A model generated the notes under the pieces. That model was not told the DNA's origin and made no database searches. It worked only from the letters and a program-made list of their open reading frames with translations. The translations under genes were made by a program, and so were the position numbers. A DNA stretch of 64,000 nucleotides from Methanomicrobiales archaeon (GTDB lineage: Archaea; Halobacteriota; Methanomicrobia; Methanomicrobiales; Methanospirillaceae): positions 121,126 to 185,125 of the forward strand of contig JBAXJR010000001.1 in NCBI GenBank assembly GCA_037137755.1. Reading direction: 5' to 3'. Positions 59,966 through 64,000 of this stretch are shown here, in pieces. Position 1 is the first letter of the stretch; each line of letters opens with the position of its first letter.

Positions 59966-62074
59966 TCAGATTAATTTGATAATGCCCGATTTCGGTTCCA
60001 TCGCTTCGCCCGAAGTGAGAAGCATCTCGAGCTGCTTCTGTGCGTCATCCCGGTTGATACCTTTCTGGACGAGGAGGTCGATTACATGCTCACGGGATGC
60101 CCGGCCATTATCATCTGCGAGAGTTTTTACCGCCTCCTTGATCATCCGTATCAGGTCCCTCTTGCCTTTTGAGAACCCGGTCATCATCTTGTCGATATCA
60201 TAACTACCGCTCTTTGCATCGTATGCCACCTGCCGGAGGCATGCATCAACAATCTTGATAACTCGTTCCGCATCGCCCTGCTCTATCTTCGGTGAGAGAC
60301 GGACACGTGCGCTGGCCTCTGCAAGACGGACAAGGGCCTCGAGCTGCCTCGCCGTGACCGGTACCGGTTTGCTCGAATCAGCGATATCACGGAGGTTCAT
60401 GTAATAGGCGATCAGCGCTGTTTTTGCTTCCTCGGAAAGGATTGGGTAGCAGGTCCGTTTTGCATAGGCAACATATTTCCTGAATAATACCGGATCTATT
60501 GCCGGGGTCACCGGTTTTAACTGTTCGGTGATATAGTCATCATCCACACCTTCAATTGGATTTTTACGGTGCTGCTGGATGAGTTCCCCGATGCTGTGTG
60601 CTTTCAGGATATGATTTGCTATGGCATTGTCCCTCTTTTTGTCGGGCTTATCGGTCATGACAAATATCAGGTCAAAACGTGAAAGGAGGGAGGCGGGCAT
60701 GTTGATCTGGTCTGATATGGGGGCGAAATCATCAAACCTGCCGTATTTCGGGTTTGCCGCTCCAAGCAGGGCACACCGTGACTTGAGGGTCGCGGTGATC
60801 CCGGCCTTCGCAACACTGATCGTCTGTTGTTCCATCGCCTCGTGTAGGGCACTCCTGTCCTCTTTCTGCATCTTGTCCATCTCATCGACTGCGGCAACAC
60901 CCATATCAGCAAGCACGAGTGCACCCGCCTCGAGTGTCCACCTCCCGTCGCCAAACTCGTCCTTTACGGCGGTTGCGGTGAGTCCTGCAGATGTTGAAGA
61001 CTGGCCGCTCGTGTAGATGCCCCGTGGCGAGAGCTTGATGACATACCGCAGGAGCTGGCTTTTTGCGATGCCCGGGTCACCGATGAGGAGGACGTGGATA
61101 TCACCCCGGAGGTGGCTTCCGTCAGGCATCTCCTTCATAATGCCACCAAAAAGTTGGAGCGCAATTGCCTCTTTGACATCATCGTTCCCGTAAATTGTCG
61201 GGGCGATTGAGTTGACGATATTCCGGTAGACCTGCGGGTCTTTGCTGATGGCGATAATCTCCTCTTCGGCCTTCTCGTCGATTTCAACCTCTTCAAATTC
61301 CTTCTCAGCAACTTCTATCGAGTTGCATTCGAGGTAGATATCAAAAATTGTGTGCTTGCTCCCGTGCGTGATGCGCTGCATCGAACGAAGGATACCATTC
61401 ATTACCACGCGGTCCCCGGGAGCGACAACCCCGGTAAGGTCGTCGGTAACGTCCAGGTCGAGAGTCTGCGGCTGCTCACCGCCACGAAGACCTTCAGGCT
61501 GTTCCTGGATCCTGATTTTCTGGGAGTCAACAAACCATGAGCGTTTGGGTATCAGTTCGAGTTTCTTGAATGTACACCCATCGGTCGCACACCCGTCAGG
61601 TTCGATGAACTGCCCGTAGCCCTGCTTTTTCTCCGTGATGTGACCCCCGGGACAACGGAAAACTGCATTGACGATCCTCGGCCTGACCTCGGTTATTTTC
61701 CGGAGGATCCCTTCGACCGTGACGAACTTATTGATGTCATCAGAACGGATATGCCGGATACCGGTCTTTTTGGGCAGGTTAATGAACCTGATATTGATAT
61801 GCTCGGCAATACGTCCGTCCTTTGCCTTGATGAGTTGGTGGTTTTTTATTGCATCTTTTACATCTGCAAGGACTTTCCCAGGGTTATCAAGCAGCTCATC
61901 GGCAAGCCTGATACCGGTTTTTCCGAAACTTTCGACCTCCCGGTAATCGATCTGGAGCGAGCGGCGGTACGGGTACTCGCGGGTCAGTTCTGCAAGTTGC
62001 TTTTTATACCTGTTTTTTAAGAACCTTGACCATTCTGCGTCCCGGCTGGTAATCTCGGCCTCAAGTTCCTCCAC
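59966..62074 (-). CDS. mcm: Replicative helicase MCM
   Basis: GDPGIAKSQ, AGLTA, EAGALVLAD, DEMDKM, HEAMEQQTIS, SRFD, TARQLE. No intein. GGAGGTGA RBS precedes the GTG. Confidence 0.97.
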   Translation of the reverse strand: MEELEAEITSRDAEWSRFLKNRYKKQLAELTREYPYRRSLQIDYREVESFGKTGIRLADELLDNPGKVLADVKDAIKNHQLIKAKDGRIAEHINIRFINLPKKTGIRHIRSDDINKFVTVEGILRKITEVRPRIVNAVFRCPGGHITEKKQGYGQFIEPDGCATDGCTFKKLELIPKRSWFVDSQKIRIQEQPEGLRGGEQPQTLDLDVTDDLTGVVAPGDRVVMNGILRSMQRITHGSKHTIFDIYLECNSIEVAEKEFEEVEIDEKAEEEIIAISKDPQVYRNIVNSIAPTIYGNDDVKEAIALQLFGGIMKEMPDGSHLRGDIHVLLIGDPGIAKSQLLRYVIKLSPRGIYTSGQSSTSAGLTATAVKDEFGDGRWTLEAGALVLADMGVAAVDEMDKMQKEDRSALHEAMEQQTISVAKAGITATLKSRCALLGAANPKYGRFDDFAPISDQINMPASLLSRFDLIFVMTDKPDKKRDNAIANHILKAHSIGELIQQHRKNPIEGVDDDYITEQLKPVTPAIDPVLFRKYVAYAKRTCYPILSEEAKTALIAYYMNLRDIADSSKPVPVTARQLEALVRLAEASARVRLSPKIEQGDAERVIKIVDACLRQVAYDAKSGSYDIDKMMTGFSKGKRDLIRMIKEAVKTLADDNGRASREHVIDLLVQKGINRDDAQKQLEMLLTSGEAMEPKSGIIKLI

Positions 62075-62268
62075 GGTTCACCTCCCGTATAACCCGTGGT
62101 ACCGGGGGTTTTCTTCCCGATATTGCCGGTAATTGTGTGCATTCCATGTTTGGACTGCTATTGGGTGTTGTTCCCGGTAGGAAATATTTCAACCCTTCCT
62201 CAGGAAGCCGGGCTACAATGAGGTCCAGTCCATAACATTTCCTGCTCTTTTCTGCCATGACCTCTTCC

Positions 62269-63240
62269 TTATGCATGTTTTTTTGTCGCAGCCATTACAA
62301 ATTTCGCGATCAATGCTTCCATCTGTATATCACTGTCAGCCCCTTCAGAAATCCGGAAATCTATCTCACCGATATGATCAATCAATGTCACTTTCAACAT
62401 CTGGTCTATCGGCCTGCGGAGCAGTGTCCGGTAGCACTGGTTCAGGAGTTCATTGGGTGCAATACCCCGTTCATGGAGGAGTTGGGAAAGCGAGGATTCA
62501 GCTGCCTCAAAGTCTCCTGCTAGCGAGAGGTCAAGGAGCTGGTCGATCTCATCAGGGCGTGCGGTTGCAGTTATGGCATAGACCATCTGCCCGGTAATGC
62601 ACGGGCTGATAATTGCGGCTCCCTGGAGGGCATTGATTGCCTTTCTCATATCACCCTGTGCAACATAGACAATCGCGTCGATAGCATCCGCGGACACGGT
62701 GATCCCTTCATTTTGGGCAATTTCCTGGATCTCTTCTGCGATTGGCGCTTTCCCGAGAGGTTTAAACCGATAGATTGCGCACCTGCTCTGGATTGGATCG
62801 ATAATTTTTGAGGAATAATTACATGAAAGAATGAACCTGCAGGTCTGTGCGTAACTTTCCATGGTACGCCGAAGGGCAGACTGTGCATCATTTGTCAGGG
62901 CATCCGCCTCATCAAGGAAGAGAATCTTGAACGTAGCCCCGCCGAGCGGGGAAGTACGCGCAAACTGCTTGATCTGGTTTCTGACCACATCTATCCCGCG
63001 TTCGTCTGATGCATTGAGTTCCCTGAAGTTCATGTGCCACGATTCACCAAAAAACTCCCTTGCCAGGGATACTGCCGCAGTAGTTTTGCCAACCCCGGCA
63101 CTACCGGTGAACAGGAGATGGGGAAGGTTGCCGTTTTTAACATATGACTCAAGCCGCTCAATGATCTCATCCTGACCTACGATATTCCGGAGTCGTAATG
63201 GCCTGTATTTTTCTATCCATATGGTATTGTTCTCCTCCAT
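62269..63240 (-). CDS. rfcS: Replication factor C small subunit
   Basis: [47 protein letters not shown]. Confidence 0.96.
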   Translation of the reverse strand: MEENNTIWIEKYRPLRLRNIVGQDEIIERLESYVKNGNLPHLLFTGSAGVGKTTAAVSLAREFFGESWHMNFRELNASDERGIDVVRNQIKQFARTSPLGGATFKILFLDEADALTNDAQSALRRTMESYAQTCRFILSCNYSSKIIDPIQSRCAIYRFKPLGKAPIAEEIQEIAQNEGITVSADAIDAIVYVAQGDMRKAINALQGAAIISPCITGQMVYAITATARPDEIDQLLDLSLAGDFEAAESSLSQLLHERGIAPNELLNQCYRTLLRRPIDQMLKVTLIDHIGEIDFRISEGADSDIQMEALIAKFVMAATKKHA

Positions 63241-63603
63241 CCCCCGCACCTCATTTTAGTGACTAACTGTCTTCTTGTTTTGTAAGTCTTTGTTTTTGTA
63301 TTTGTCTAATAATAGCGGTTCCGGAGATAGCATCCTCGTAATGAACTACCAGGATTAAAAAATCGTCTTTGTTCTTGCCGGAAGAATAAATCCTGAAAAA
63401 TAACGATGAACCACAATGTTCAGATTTGCGGCAATATGCCTTTTATCAGGAATTTAACGGTCGGGTCCCAGGGATTCCTGATATACTGAAAACAAGTAAT
63501 GAGCCGCCTTAGCTGGAGGCTAAAAAAGAAATGCCTGTAATTGTAACCACACCTGTTTCCTGTTGGCTGACTAAAAAACCCGAAAAAAAAGGAATGGTGT
63601 TAA

Positions 63604-63999
63604 TTATTTCTTGTCGAAGAACTGGTCCTGTGTCTTCCGCCGGTTGTAGAGATAGTACCCGACAACGCCGATCACTGCGATAATCAGGATGATTACAATA
63701 GGCAGGAGCACATTCATCGGGATCTTTGACCAGATCGGTGCCGGTCCTGATGGTGGTGCTGTGACACCCGGTGGACTTGTGGTAGGTACCGTAGCAATCA
63801 CTGTTGTAATCTCGGTCACCGGTACTTCTGTTGGAAGCGTAGTTATCTTAACTACCGTACCGGTTTGAGTATCTGACCCGGAGGTTTCAGAGGAACCGGT
63901 CCCTGATTTCAGGACATCCGCCCCGGTCGTATTTGCTGTAGGTACCGTGGTCGTGGCTTCAGTTGCATAATAGCTGCCACCGCCGCCGCCACCTCCTCC
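63604..63999 (-). CDS. Membrane-anchored surface protein, C-terminal part (partial)
   Basis: Frame reads poly-Gly-SYY, Ser/Thr/Pro-rich linker, TM helix and NRRK tail. Runs off the window edge. Confidence 0.8.
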   Translation of the reverse strand, partial: GGGGGGGGSYYATEATTTVPTANTTGADVLKSGTGSSETSGSDTQTGTVVKITTLPTEVPVTEITTVIATVPTTSPPGVTAPPSGPAPIWSKIPMNVLLPIVIILIIAVIGVVGYYLYNRRKTQDQFFDKK

Positions 64000-64000
64000 T

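Noticed and set aside
59966-62074. Possible inteins in MCM or RFC
   Set aside because: Both have normal lengths and contiguous motifs, with no intein splice-junction residues.

Overview
Archaeal chromosomal segment, most consistent with a Methanomicrobiales methanogen. The basis is archaeal proteasome, aCPSF1, MCM, RFC and PoK/PPS genes, GGTGA/GGAGGTG ribosome-binding sites, a DUF3821-type S-layer paralogue, PKD-rich surface proteins and wHTH-PAS regulators. Layout: (1) 1-23 kb is mostly housekeeping: ppk1 3' end, bacterial-type ruvCAB, ppx, MFS, aCPSF1-psmB, CBS/USP/amidohydrolase, secG and an aminotransferase. It ends in a translation-rescue block, rqcH-pelota-HI0933/YhiN flavoprotein, divergent from EMC6-like-ABCE1. 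(2) 24-50 kb is accessory and cell-surface DNA: a five-gene operon of secreted modular proteins sharing two recurring unassigned domains, a mosaic subtilase, a convergent and apparently decaying RelE/antitoxin pair next to an intact IS5 element (18-bp TIRs, ATTA TSD), a nucleotidyltransferase plus small-partner pair, a 1294-aa wHTH-multi-PAS sensor and a ~92% AT tract. (3) 50-64 kb is a conserved archaeal cluster: rfcS, mcm, mptD, TatD, DUF424, NMD3, Taw2-like, coaBC, PoK, PPS, a second RFC small subunit and a methyltransferase. No CRISPR array, rRNA or tRNA was seen. All family assignments come from motif recognition by eye; no searches were run.
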